Shown: positions 44,698 through 53,695 of the stretch, piece after piece
How the letters are laid out: each line of letters starts with the position of its first letter
How positions within the stretch are numbered: the stretch's first letter is position 1
Source: Candidatus Bipolaricaulota bacterium
GTDB taxonomy: Bacteria; Patescibacteriota; Patescibacteriia; UBA11705; DATKZF01
Assembly (NCBI GenBank): GCA_035528115.1
Contig: DATKZF010000003.1
Coordinates: forward strand, 150,699 to 214,698
Direction: 5' to 3'
DNA: 64,000 nt
Notes under the pieces: generated by a model
Database searches by the model: none
Seen by the model: the letters and a program-made list of their open reading frames with translations, nothing else
Told to the model about the DNA's origin: nothing
Made by a program: the position numbers and the translations under genes

Positions 44698-45741
44698 TTA
44701 AACAAACCATTTTTCAATCTCCTTAGCATCATCCGTTTTCCTCTCCATAATCAGCTTTCTTTTTTCCAAAAACTTTTTTCTGTTTTTCATCGCTTCGGAA
44801 AATGCTTTCAAAGACGACTGTTCCGCGAATAAAATATATAAGAATTTTTGCAATTCGTAAAAAAATATCGACAAACCGAGCTTGGGAGCGTTCTTTAGCA
44901 AAACATACAAATGATTTCGGTATGAATAAAAAGTGCCGAAGCGCGATTTTGATTTTCTCGCCTTCATGATCAGCCTTCTGTTCATTTTTCCGGCCGGTCC
45001 CGAGACCGAACGATCATGATAACCGACGGCGGACGGCACTCTCCAGGCCTGCCAGCCTCGCCAGCGCAGACGATAAGCCAGATCAACGTCTTCTTTATAG
45101 CTGAAAAAATCTTCATCGAAATACTGACCGTTTTCCACCGCGTCATTGAGCGCTTCCCTTCGGAAAACCGGGGCCGCGCCGGACGCGCCGAAAACTTCTT
45201 TGACGCCGTCATACTGCCCCTGATCGACTTCGCCGCTGCCCAAATCCACCACTCGATGATTTTTATATATTTTCAAACCGAGCGTGTCAATATAATTGGT
45301 TTTTTGATTGTTTTGCCAGCGCAAAAGCTTGCCGCTCGCGGCGGCGGCTCGAGGATTTTTATCCATGAGAGCGACTATATTTTCCAAAAAGTCGGGTTCT
45401 AAAATGATATCTTGATTTAACACCAAAACATAATCGCTTTTTGACCAATGAATCGCCTGATTGTGCGCCTTGGCAAAGCCTTGATTTTCTTTGTGCCGCA
45501 CGATTTTTAAATGCGGAAATTTTTCACCGATCAATTCAAGCGTGTCATCAGTGGAGCCGTTGTCGATAATCAACAAACTAAAATCTTTAAAAGTTTGTTC
45601 AAAAACCGACTTCAAACAAGCTTGAATGTATTTGGCTCCGTTCCAGGTGACTAAATTTATGGAAACTTTTGACATATTTTCATGTATCATGGATCTTGAA
45701 TCATGGATCAAATTTAATTTATTCTCTCTATTGTACCCCAA
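44698..45741 (-). CDS. GT2 glycosyltransferase (rhamnosyltransferase-like)
   Basis: 347 aa. VSINLVTWNGAKYIQACLKSV...LLIIDNGSTDDT...DIILEPDF motifs. The N-terminal 22 codons (MGYNRENKLNLIHDSRSMIHEN) are rich in in-frame ATG/CAT and overlap a CATGAAT leader repeat, so the true start is probably MSKVSINL (about 45675). Confidence 0.75.
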   Translation of the reverse strand: MGYNRENKLNLIHDSRSMIHENMSKVSINLVTWNGAKYIQACLKSVFEQTFKDFSLLIIDNGSTDDTLELIGEKFPHLKIVRHKENQGFAKAHNQAIHWSKSDYVLVLNQDIILEPDFLENIVALMDKNPRAAAASGKLLRWQNNQKTNYIDTLGLKIYKNHRVVDLGSGEVDQGQYDGVKEVFGASGAAPVFRREALNDAVENGQYFDEDFFSYKEDVDLAYRLRWRGWQAWRVPSAVGYHDRSVSGPAGKMNRRLIMKARKSKSRFGTFYSYRNHLYVLLKNAPKLGLSIFFYELQKFLYILFAEQSSLKAFSEAMKNRKKFLEKRKLIMERKTDDAKEIEKWFV

Positions 45742-45882
45742 AGCATGGCGCCAATCTCATCTGCTAACTTTACAACTTTTTCATATAAATCCAAATCTGT
45801 AATATTGTCATGAAATTTTATATTATTTTCCATAATTAATGATACATGACCGATCCGTGTTATATGATATATGTTCCATGAC

Positions 45883-47382
45883 TTACTTTCTGGCCTTTGG
45901 AGTAACGAAAAAGCCCAAATATTTGCCGAGCATCAATCTCGTTTGCGATTCGGCGGCGGGGATCGAACCGAAAACGATGAAAGTGATCGGCACCAGCGCC
46001 CATTGGCAAAGCATAATAATATATTTGAATCGACTGTGTGTTTTGGGCCTTTGCGGCAATAAAAGCAAACTGAATATGGCGCTGATCACGATGCCGGCCG
46101 TGGCCAACGTCATCAGCCATTCCAAAACAAAAGGCGCGTTTTGCACCAAGACGCTGTTTGATTCGGGCTGATATTTCACCCACCACAATGGCAATCGTCC
46201 CAACAAGAAAATCAAAATCGGCGCGGTCACCCAAGAATACATGCCTTCGATCATATTAAACAAATATTTTATTTTCTTGCCCAGCGGAATCAATTTTTTC
46301 TTCTGGTGAAAGTTGGACACCATGTACGGGAAATGCTCGACGCCATACGCCCAGCGGCGTTGTTGTTTGTATAAATTTTTAAAATTGTCCCAATATTTAT
46401 CGGCGAGCACCGTGTCCATGGACACCGGAATGTAAATCGGCGTCACCGTGTAATCACCGTTGTATTTCATGAAACATTGCAAAAATATTCTGGAATCATC
46501 GGTCACGATGTCGTGTTGCCAAAAATCCACGTCCACCAAGGCGCGCCAGCTCATACTGTGAGATGAAAAAGTAAACAGCCGCTCCGGCCTGGATAAATCG
46601 GTCAGCAACCAAAAAACCGTGCCGAAAGCGGTCACGCGCATGGCAGCCGGGGCGTCCCAGATATTATTGCTGTATAAAACGGCCGGCTGATATGAAGTTC
46701 TGGTCGGATTGGGATGAGTTAAATATTTGTACGCCAAACAGGCGAAAAATTTGGGATGAACCACGGTATCGCTGTCAAAATAAGAAACAATGATGTCATC
46801 GTACGGAATTTTCCATTCGTAATCGATCAATTCCTTGACTTGTCTGGCCGCATAAGCCGCATTGGCGCCTTTGGCCTTCATTTCTCCGGGCACATCGTCG
46901 GGATGCAAAGTTTTTACGAATTTGAAAAACTTATGTTTGTATTCTTTTTCGATTTTCTCGGAAACTTCTTCGAAATGTTTTTGAGCCCGCTCTTCGCCTG
47001 CCAAAACGACAATCATTTTATCGAGCGGATACGTGGAATTCACCAGACTTTCAAAAGTGGTTTTCAAAACCTCGTATGATTCATTATAAGTGGGCAAAAA
47101 AATCAAATGGTATATTTTCTGCCAATCCGGCACTTCTCTGACTTTGGCCGCCCAGTCTATTTTAGAGTCTCGATGAAATCTCCGCCAAGCGAAAGTGATG
47201 TGAAAAATAAAATAGCTGACGCGAAAAACCCAATACAAGTCGAAAACGATTATGAAATATATGGCCCAAATCGGTTTAACGAAAGACATGGCTATCGCTC
47301 CGATAAAAGTCGCCCAAATCAAAAAACCTGGAATCAATTCCAAAAATCTGTAATATTTGGTTTTGGGAGGATTAATGGCCAT
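45883..47382 (-). CDS. Membrane-embedded processive GT2 glycosyltransferase (cellulose-synthase-like)
   Basis: 499 aa. N-terminal and C-terminal TM helices, D, DxD and QQRRW (QxxRW) motifs. Confidence 0.75.
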   Translation of the reverse strand: MAINPPKTKYYRFLELIPGFLIWATFIGAIAMSFVKPIWAIYFIIVFDLYWVFRVSYFIFHITFAWRRFHRDSKIDWAAKVREVPDWQKIYHLIFLPTYNESYEVLKTTFESLVNSTYPLDKMIVVLAGEERAQKHFEEVSEKIEKEYKHKFFKFVKTLHPDDVPGEMKAKGANAAYAARQVKELIDYEWKIPYDDIIVSYFDSDTVVHPKFFACLAYKYLTHPNPTRTSYQPAVLYSNNIWDAPAAMRVTAFGTVFWLLTDLSRPERLFTFSSHSMSWRALVDVDFWQHDIVTDDSRIFLQCFMKYNGDYTVTPIYIPVSMDTVLADKYWDNFKNLYKQQRRWAYGVEHFPYMVSNFHQKKKLIPLGKKIKYLFNMIEGMYSWVTAPILIFLLGRLPLWWVKYQPESNSVLVQNAPFVLEWLMTLATAGIVISAIFSLLLLPQRPKTHSRFKYIIMLCQWALVPITFIVFGSIPAAESQTRLMLGKYLGFFVTPKARK

Positions 47383-47570
47383 GTTTAATATTGTTACGAA
47401 TTACAATCATCTTGTAGGCCGATTAATATATGTTACAAATTACATTCATCCATGGCTTTATGCTTGAGAATCTTGTAATTCGTAACAAATAACCTGAAAG
47501 CTAAATAGAATCTTGTAATTCGTAACAGATAACCTGAAAGTTTAACAGAACATTGTAATTCGTAACTTAA
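47381..47570. repeat. Second copy of the 40-bp tandem array, preceded by two inverted copies of its core
   Basis: tgttacgaattacaat and tgttacaaattacatt (47388-47445) on one strand, then three direct 40-bp units (gaatcttgtaattcgtaacaaataacctgaaagctaaata...) at 47455-47570. The units are near-identical to the 13427-13540 array. Confidence 0.8.
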
Positions 47571-48697
47571 ATTAACTCTTCTATCAAGGTAATAATTATA
47601 CCCGAAAAAAACATGAAAATCAACCCCCAACCGAGAAACTTGAATCTCGGCAAAACATACTCCGGCTTTCTTTCTTTTGACTTTTTCGCCCGCCAATAGG
47701 TCAAAATCATGATGATGCCGGTCAGTCCCACAGCCACGCTGCCCACGATCGACAATGTTTTGATAAAAAAAGTATTGCCCAAAAGATAAATTACCATTGG
47801 CACTCCCGCCACCAAAAGCCATGAATAGGTTTTTTTCAAACGATAATCAAAATGGAAAAGTTGCCAGAGTGAAATGCCGATCGCCAAAAAACTGGTAAAC
47901 ATGGACACAACGGAAAATAAATTGGCCCAGACCAAAATCTTCGACCCCAAAGCCGCGCCCAGTCCGATCGTGGCCACTTCGGTCGCGTTGGTTCCGTTTA
48001 AGCCCAAAACCAAAAACGCGAATACTCCATACAAAACAATGGGCAAAACGCAAGCCATGACAATCGCGTTTTTCATCAATTTTTCTTTTCTTTCCAAAAT
48101 TTTCCTGACCGAATAAACGGAATAAATACCGCCATAAGCGAAAAGCAACACTCCGTATGGCACATAAAATTTGCTCAGGTCGATTGGATTGAAATTTTCG
48201 TAATTGATATGCGGCCAAATAATAAAAGCGATCACCAGCACGGCCAAAATTAAAAACGCGGTCATGACCAGTTCCACTTTTTTAATGACATTCAATCCGA
48301 TCCAAATCAAAAGCGATCCGATGACGGCCGCGGCCAAGCTGTACCAAAATGCTTCACCGCCGAAAATCGCCCGGCAGGCGATGCCTATGCCGATCATGTA
48401 AGCGGCCAAAGCTCCGAAATTGGCGAACAGCATGGAAAATCCTTCCAGCCGGCCGGCCCACTTGCCCACGTATTTTCTGGCATAGCCCATGAGCTGATGT
48501 CTTTGCTTGGTGCGCAAGATTATCTCGCCCATCATTAAGTTTATCAACAGCACGGCCAGACCCAGTAAAACCAGCATGGCCAGTCCGGGCCAAAAGCCGA
48601 ACCTTGAAATGGCGTATGGAACGCCCAAAATCCCCGCGCCGACAATCGTGCCGACCAAAGTGGCTATGGCTTGCCAATAGGAATAGTTTATTTTCAT
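47567..48697 (-). CDS. Aromatic/hydroxy amino-acid permease family transporter (Mtr/TyrP-like)
   Basis: 376 aa, about 11 TM segments. N-terminal WQAIATLVGTIVGAGILGVPYA motif typical of this family. Confidence 0.65.
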   Translation of the reverse strand: MKINYSYWQAIATLVGTIVGAGILGVPYAISRFGFWPGLAMLVLLGLAVLLINLMMGEIILRTKQRHQLMGYARKYVGKWAGRLEGFSMLFANFGALAAYMIGIGIACRAIFGGEAFWYSLAAAVIGSLLIWIGLNVIKKVELVMTAFLILAVLVIAFIIWPHINYENFNPIDLSKFYVPYGVLLFAYGGIYSVYSVRKILERKEKLMKNAIVMACVLPIVLYGVFAFLVLGLNGTNATEVATIGLGAALGSKILVWANLFSVVSMFTSFLAIGISLWQLFHFDYRLKKTYSWLLVAGVPMVIYLLGNTFFIKTLSIVGSVAVGLTGIIMILTYWRAKKSKERKPEYVLPRFKFLGWGLIFMFFSGIIITLIEELI

Positions 48698-48822
48698 AAT
48701 TTCCTCTTTATTCTACCATATTTTCATAAAGCATGGAACATTTATACGCAGCAAAAAAATCAAAAAGCAATAGCCTCAAGCTACTGCTTTATGATTCATG
48801 ATTCATGATTCATGTTCCATGA

Positions 48823-50262
48823 TCAATTAACTTCTTTTATTTCCACGAAATTAACATTGCCGCTGGCGCCCACGGGCTCGCCGGCCACCAAAATGATTTT
48901 ATCTCCCTTTTTCACCAATTTATCGCCCTTAATATCTGAAATCGTGCGAGCAACCAATTCTTCCACGCTCTTGCAGGTCGAAATCAAAAACGGCTGAACG
49001 CCCCAGGACAAAATCATTTGTCTTCTCACGCGCTCATCGTCGCAAGACACCAAAATAGGCAATTCCGGCCGATAACGGCTGACTATTCTGGCCGTAAAGC
49101 CGGACAATGACGCCACCACGATCGCTTTGGCGTCGATGTTGTCAACCAGCATTTTCGCCACTTTGCCGATCGCTTTGTCCGTCGATTCTATTTTTTTGAC
49201 CTTATCTTTTAAAACCAAATCGTCATAAGTCGAATTCTCGGTGCGCTCCACGATTTTCGCCATGGTTTCCACGGTCTTAACCGGATAATCGCCCGTGGCC
49301 GTTTCGCCGGAAAGCATGACCGCGTCCGCGTGATCAATCACCGCGTTGGCCACGTCGCTGGTCTCCGCTCGAGTGGGCCGAGGATTTCTGATCATCGAAT
49401 CAAGCATTTGAGTGGCCACAATCACCGGTTTGGCCGCATCCAAGCATTTATCGATTATTTCTTTTTGCTTGATCGGCACTTCTTCGGACGGGATTTCAAC
49501 GCCCAGATCTCCGCGCGCCACCATCACCGCGTCGGTCGCGTCCAGTATTTCATCGAAATTTTTGACCGCGTCTTGGCGCTCGATTTTAACGATTATTTTA
49601 ATCGGGCGTTTGTTTTTTATTTTCAATTTTTTCTCAATGTCTTTGATCAAGTAGCGCAAATCATGCACGTCGCCGGCCTCGCTGACAAAAGACAACGCCA
49701 CGAAATCGACATTGTTTTGGATGCCGAATTCCAGATCTTCCTTGTCTTTATCGGTCAGAGCGGCGATGCTTAAAGCCACTCCGGGCAAATTAATGCCTTT
49801 GTCCGAAAACAATTTGCCGCCGTTTATCACTTTGCAATGAATGTCTTTATCAATGATTTTATGGACTTCAAAATCCAAAAGTCCGTCCACCATCATGATG
49901 TGATCGCCCACGGAAATGTCTTTGTGAAGCAAAGGATAATCGACCGGAATCAATTTACTCGAGCCTTGTTTTACTTTTTTCGTGGTAATGACGACCGTGG
50001 CATCGGTTTTAATATCCACGCCGCGCTTTGGCATGTTGCCCACTCTGATTTTCGGCCCTTGCAAATCCTGCATGATGGCGATCGTCTTATCCAAGCTTTT
50101 CGCCACTTTTCGAACGTTTGTCATCAATTTTTTATGATAGGCGTGCGTGCCGTGAGAAAAATTAAGCCGAGCCACGTTCATGCCGGCCTCGACCATTTGT
50201 TTTAAGGTTTCGATTTTATCCGACGCCGGACCGAGTGTACAGATTATTTTTGTTCTTCGCAT
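48823..50262 (-). CDS. pyk: Pyruvate kinase
   Basis: 479 aa. MRRTKIICTLGPAS..., MVARGDLGVEIP and the C-terminal regulatory domain. Confidence 0.9.
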   Translation of the reverse strand: MRRTKIICTLGPASDKIETLKQMVEAGMNVARLNFSHGTHAYHKKLMTNVRKVAKSLDKTIAIMQDLQGPKIRVGNMPKRGVDIKTDATVVITTKKVKQGSSKLIPVDYPLLHKDISVGDHIMMVDGLLDFEVHKIIDKDIHCKVINGGKLFSDKGINLPGVALSIAALTDKDKEDLEFGIQNNVDFVALSFVSEAGDVHDLRYLIKDIEKKLKIKNKRPIKIIVKIERQDAVKNFDEILDATDAVMVARGDLGVEIPSEEVPIKQKEIIDKCLDAAKPVIVATQMLDSMIRNPRPTRAETSDVANAVIDHADAVMLSGETATGDYPVKTVETMAKIVERTENSTYDDLVLKDKVKKIESTDKAIGKVAKMLVDNIDAKAIVVASLSGFTARIVSRYRPELPILVSCDDERVRRQMILSWGVQPFLISTCKSVEELVARTISDIKGDKLVKKGDKIILVAGEPVGASGNVNFVEIKEVN

Positions 50263-50365
50263 ATTGAGTTACAAGATGTACCAGATTTTTATACGAGATA
50301 GTACAGATTACAAAATTAGTTAATTATATGGCCACCGAACAACCAAAAAGCCAATAAGCTACAAG

Positions 50366-50722
50366 CTAGGTCATAATATTTTCCAAATGTTCAATTTTTG
50401 GAGGAAAGCACAGCTCCACGAAAACCAAATCTATCTGCGGATCGAATTTTTCAAATTCGGGATATTCGTCCAAAAATTTTTCAAAAACTCTCAACATCTT
50501 TTCTATTTTTTTGTCGCTGATATTTTCTTCGGGCGAAAATTCAGCGTCCGGCATTTTGCTTTTGACTTCGCACAAAACGATGCTGTTGTTTTCAACCGCG
50601 ATCAAATCGATTTCTCCGCCCAATTTTTTGAAATTTCTGACAATTATTCGGCAACCTTTATTTTCCAAGAAACGCGCGGCAATATCCTCGCCGACTCTGC
50701 CTTTGGCCACCTGATTGGTCAT
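50366..50722 (-). CDS. YraN-family (UPF0102) putative endonuclease
   Basis: 118 aa. GEDIAARFLENKG...GEIDLIA...VLCEVKSK matches the YraN/RE-fold signature. Confidence 0.65.
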   Translation of the reverse strand: MTNQVAKGRVGEDIAARFLENKGCRIIVRNFKKLGGEIDLIAVENNSIVLCEVKSKMPDAEFSPEENISDKKIEKMLRVFEKFLDEYPEFEKFDPQIDLVFVELCFPPKIEHLENIMT

Positions 50723-50725
50723 AAT

Positions 50726-51277
50726 TTATCTTTTCATCAAAATATTGGCAAAATGGTCATCGCCCAGAGGCATTTCTCTTATTACCTCGAATTTCGCGCG
50801 GGTCAACCATCTTTTCAAATAATCAGCCGCGACTCGCAGTTCCTGCGGCGGGCCGTAAGAACTGGCGTTTCTCTTCCAATCGACCAGCAAAAGCTTGCCG
50901 CCGGGTTTGATCAAAGACGCCAACATCGAAATCAATTTGTTCCTGTATTTGATTTGATACAACACATTGACCAAAAGCGCGATATCAACAGCCGACAAAT
51001 TGCAATTCGACAAATTTTCCAAATCCAGCCGGCAAGCGTTGATTTGAGACAATTTAAGTTCCGCGCTTTTTCTGGAAATATTATCAATCGCCCGCGGATC
51101 AATATCCACGCAATGCACTTGACCGGACTTGCCCACCCTTTGAGCCAAAGGAAAAGTCCAATAGCCCTGATGACCGCAACCCAAATCCAAAACCGAATGC
51201 CCGGGGCTGACTTGAAGTTCTTCGAGCAATTCAGCCGGATTGTACGGATGATGATTGGTGAGAAAACTGTAAGGCAT
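50726..51277 (-). CDS. Class I SAM-dependent methyltransferase
   Basis: 183 aa. VLDLGCGHQGY (motif I) and VDIDP (motif II). Confidence 0.75.
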   Translation of the reverse strand: MPYSFLTNHHPYNPAELLEELQVSPGHSVLDLGCGHQGYWTFPLAQRVGKSGQVHCVDIDPRAIDNISRKSAELKLSQINACRLDLENLSNCNLSAVDIALLVNVLYQIKYRNKLISMLASLIKPGGKLLLVDWKRNASSYGPPQELRVAADYLKRWLTRAKFEVIREMPLGDDHFANILMKR

Positions 51278-51288
51278 AACTATAAAAA

Positions 51289-51528
51289 TTAAAACAAACG
51301 ACCCAAAGTGGCGCCGAGCAACTTGTTTTGTAAATTAACGATAACCGTAAAGCCGATTAAAATCGCGATAATGCCGATTAATTTCAGCAAAAATCTGGTG
51401 CCACCCGCGCCGAAAAATTTCTCGCCGAGCGACATGCTGCCGACAGCGCGATATACCGCGTCCGTCTTCCAAGTAATCATAAAACCCGCGCCGGCGATTA
51501 AAAATCCGATAATGATTCTGCTTATCAT
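51289..51528 (-). CDS. Small two-TM membrane protein
   Basis: 79 aa, two hydrophobic helices. Confidence 0.35.
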   Translation of the reverse strand: MISRIIIGFLIAGAGFMITWKTDAVYRAVGSMSLGEKFFGAGGTRFLLKLIGIIAILIGFTVIVNLQNKLLGATLGRLF

Positions 51529-51691
51529 GCGATGTGGTTATTTTTCACAATGCGTTTATTATATCAAAATTTCGCTTTACGGGCAAAGATTTATGAACAG
51601 CGCAAACAAAAAAATCCCCGCTAAAACGGGAATTACATTTATGGCCGTGCAAATGGTGGAACACCATGAGCGAAGTCGAGGGGGAGTCGAA

Positions 51692-51779
51692 TGGTGCCGG
51701 GGACAGGATTTGAACCTGCACGAGCTTTCGCCCACTACCACCTCAAGGTAGCGTGTATACCAAATTTCACCACCCCGGC
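51692..51779 (-). tRNA. tRNA-Leu, anticodon GAG (class II, long variable arm)
   Basis: Reverse complement: GCCGGGG acceptor, 3-bp D-stem, anticodon stem CTACC/GGTAG with loop UUGAGGU (anticodon GAG, G37), 17-nt variable arm, T-arm AGGTTCAAATCCT, A73 + CCA. Confidence 0.8.
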
Positions 51780-51966
51780 CTACGCTCTCACTATGTTCGA
51801 GCTCCGGCCGGTCTTCGACTCCGCCCTCGGCCGTGAGCTCGGGCCGAACGGAGGTCTGACGATCTAGTCGCTCAGACTCGAGGAGCAGCCGGCTGGCTCG
51901 ACTTTCAAATTTGAACTATATATCAAAAAAAGACGAACGTCAATCCGCTATTTCAATCGAAAAAAA

Positions 51967-52155
51967 TTATTCGATCGTAATGGCCGAAACAGGACAGCCG
52001 GCGGCGGCTTCTTTGATTTTGGCTTCATGCGCCGTAAAATCAACTCCGCCGATGATCTCGGATTTGCCTTCAGCGTTCAGCTGAAACACTTCCGGAGCCA
52101 CGCCGACGCAAAAGCCGCAACCGATGCATTTTGTTTGATCAACTTTTGGAATCAT
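51967..52155 (-). CDS. Small 4Fe-4S ferredoxin
   Basis: 62 aa. CIGCGFCVGVAP ... AAGCPVSAI cysteine motifs. Confidence 0.75.
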   Translation of the reverse strand: MIPKVDQTKCIGCGFCVGVAPEVFQLNAEGKSEIIGGVDFTAHEAKIKEAAAGCPVSAITIE

Positions 52156-52372
52156 ATTATTACAAATGAGTAAAAAGGGTTGTCATCTCGACCGAAGTCG
52201 TCCGAAGCGTTAGCGAAGGATGACGAAGCGGAGAGATCTTTTCCTGTAATATTTATGGAAAAGATTTCTCCATTCCGTTCCCCCTCGACTCCCTGCCAGC
52301 CGACAGGCGCTCGGGGTCACTCCAGTCGAAATGACAAATTCCCTTCTTTGTTTCATTTTTCAGGACTCACGA

Positions 52373-53158
52373 TTAAAACTTCCGATACCTGCCCACGATC
52401 AGCTTCAATTTTTTCTCGGCCACCTTCACTTTAATTGGCGTCTTCAAAACATACGAATTATCCAACTTTACGGGCAAATACTCGAAGCTTTTAATTTCCA
52501 ATTCCTTTGAAGGCAAAATTGTTTTGCTGTATTTGAAATTATTCTTTTTGGATTTTAAAAAACCCGTAACGCGGTTGCCTTTTTCAATGGTGACGATGTC
52601 AACAAGTCCGTCTTGAGGATTTATTTTTTCTAAAATTCTATTATTGGCAATGTCTTCTTTCTTGTAACAAAAATTGAATATTTGCACTTTTTGACACGAT
52701 GCTTGAGGAATAATACTGTACGTGTCTTTTTTAATGCCGATTCTCGACAAATTTTTTTCTATTTTAATATCCGAAAAGAAATAAACGTCATTGGCCAAAC
52801 CGAGATCGATAACTTCCACTTTTCTCGCCGCCAAAATATCGCAGGCCAATTCCTGCGGCGGAATGCCCAAAGATTCGGCGATAAAATTATCTTCGCCGAT
52901 CGGAATGATGCCCAAAGTCAAATTATGCTTGGCGACAATGTTTATCACTTTCAAAAAAGTTTTATCATTGCCGACCACCACCACGGTCTTAATGCCGTTT
53001 TTGACTTCATCTTCTATTAATTCATTAGCGCTTTTAAGCAATGACAGATGCCCGGGTTTTCCCTGAATTTCCAAATCCAGCAATCGAGTCCTGATTCGAT
53101 CAATGATTTTCTCGTACTTAGCATCGCTTAAAAAAGAGTCGTACAAATAATAATACAT
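52373..53158 (-). CDS. DAGK_cat-family lipid kinase (YegS/BmrU-like)
   Basis: 261 aa. TVVVVGNDKT (the GGDGT-like motif) and GIIPIGEDNF (the GTGNDFA-like motif). Confidence 0.6.
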   Translation of the reverse strand: MYYYLYDSFLSDAKYEKIIDRIRTRLLDLEIQGKPGHLSLLKSANELIEDEVKNGIKTVVVVGNDKTFLKVINIVAKHNLTLGIIPIGEDNFIAESLGIPPQELACDILAARKVEVIDLGLANDVYFFSDIKIEKNLSRIGIKKDTYSIIPQASCQKVQIFNFCYKKEDIANNRILEKINPQDGLVDIVTIEKGNRVTGFLKSKKNNFKYSKTILPSKELEIKSFEYLPVKLDNSYVLKTPIKVKVAEKKLKLIVGRYRKF

Positions 53159-53182
53159 ATTCCGCTCTTTTTTAATTGAAGA

Positions 53183-53623
53183 CTAAAAATCCACTTCTTC
53201 GTCCTTTACCGATTTATCCTCTTTTTTTTCTTTGTCATTATTAGTCGCCGGCATGGAAACGGCCACGCCTTCCCCCATTTCCACTTTTCCGTTAATGGTG
53301 GCGCCTTCTTCGACTTTTAACACTTTTGTCTTTATGTCTCCGTTCACTCTGGCGGTGTTCTTCAATTCGGTCCTGCCGTTAATCGTCAAATTACCATTGA
53401 TTTCCCCGGCCACCACGGTTTCGCCCGCGACGATCTCAGCATCTACTCGCGCGTTTTGACCTACGGTCAAATGCTTTTCAGTCTTTACGGAACCCACTAC
53501 CTGGCCTTCGACAATGATATTGCCCTGACTGGATAAATCACCTTCGATTTTAATCGAAGCGCCGATGACCGTGTCGCCCTCCTGAGGTTGATACTTGTTG
53601 TCGTCATCATGGTCTTTAAACAT
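53183..53623 (-). CDS. Bactofilin
   Basis: 146 aa. Repetitive beta-helical G/V/N-rich core (GNIIVEGQVVGSVKT...GETVVAGEINGNLTINGR...GATINGKVEMGEG) with a Lys/Glu-rich C-terminal tail. Confidence 0.8.
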   Translation of the reverse strand: MFKDHDDDNKYQPQEGDTVIGASIKIEGDLSSQGNIIVEGQVVGSVKTEKHLTVGQNARVDAEIVAGETVVAGEINGNLTINGRTELKNTARVNGDIKTKVLKVEEGATINGKVEMGEGVAVSMPATNNDKEKKEDKSVKDEEVDF

Positions 53624-53695
53624 ATAATTTCAATTATTAGATCCCTCCTGATAATAAAATAAGCATCTTTATCTTAATATACCGAAGCAAAGTCG

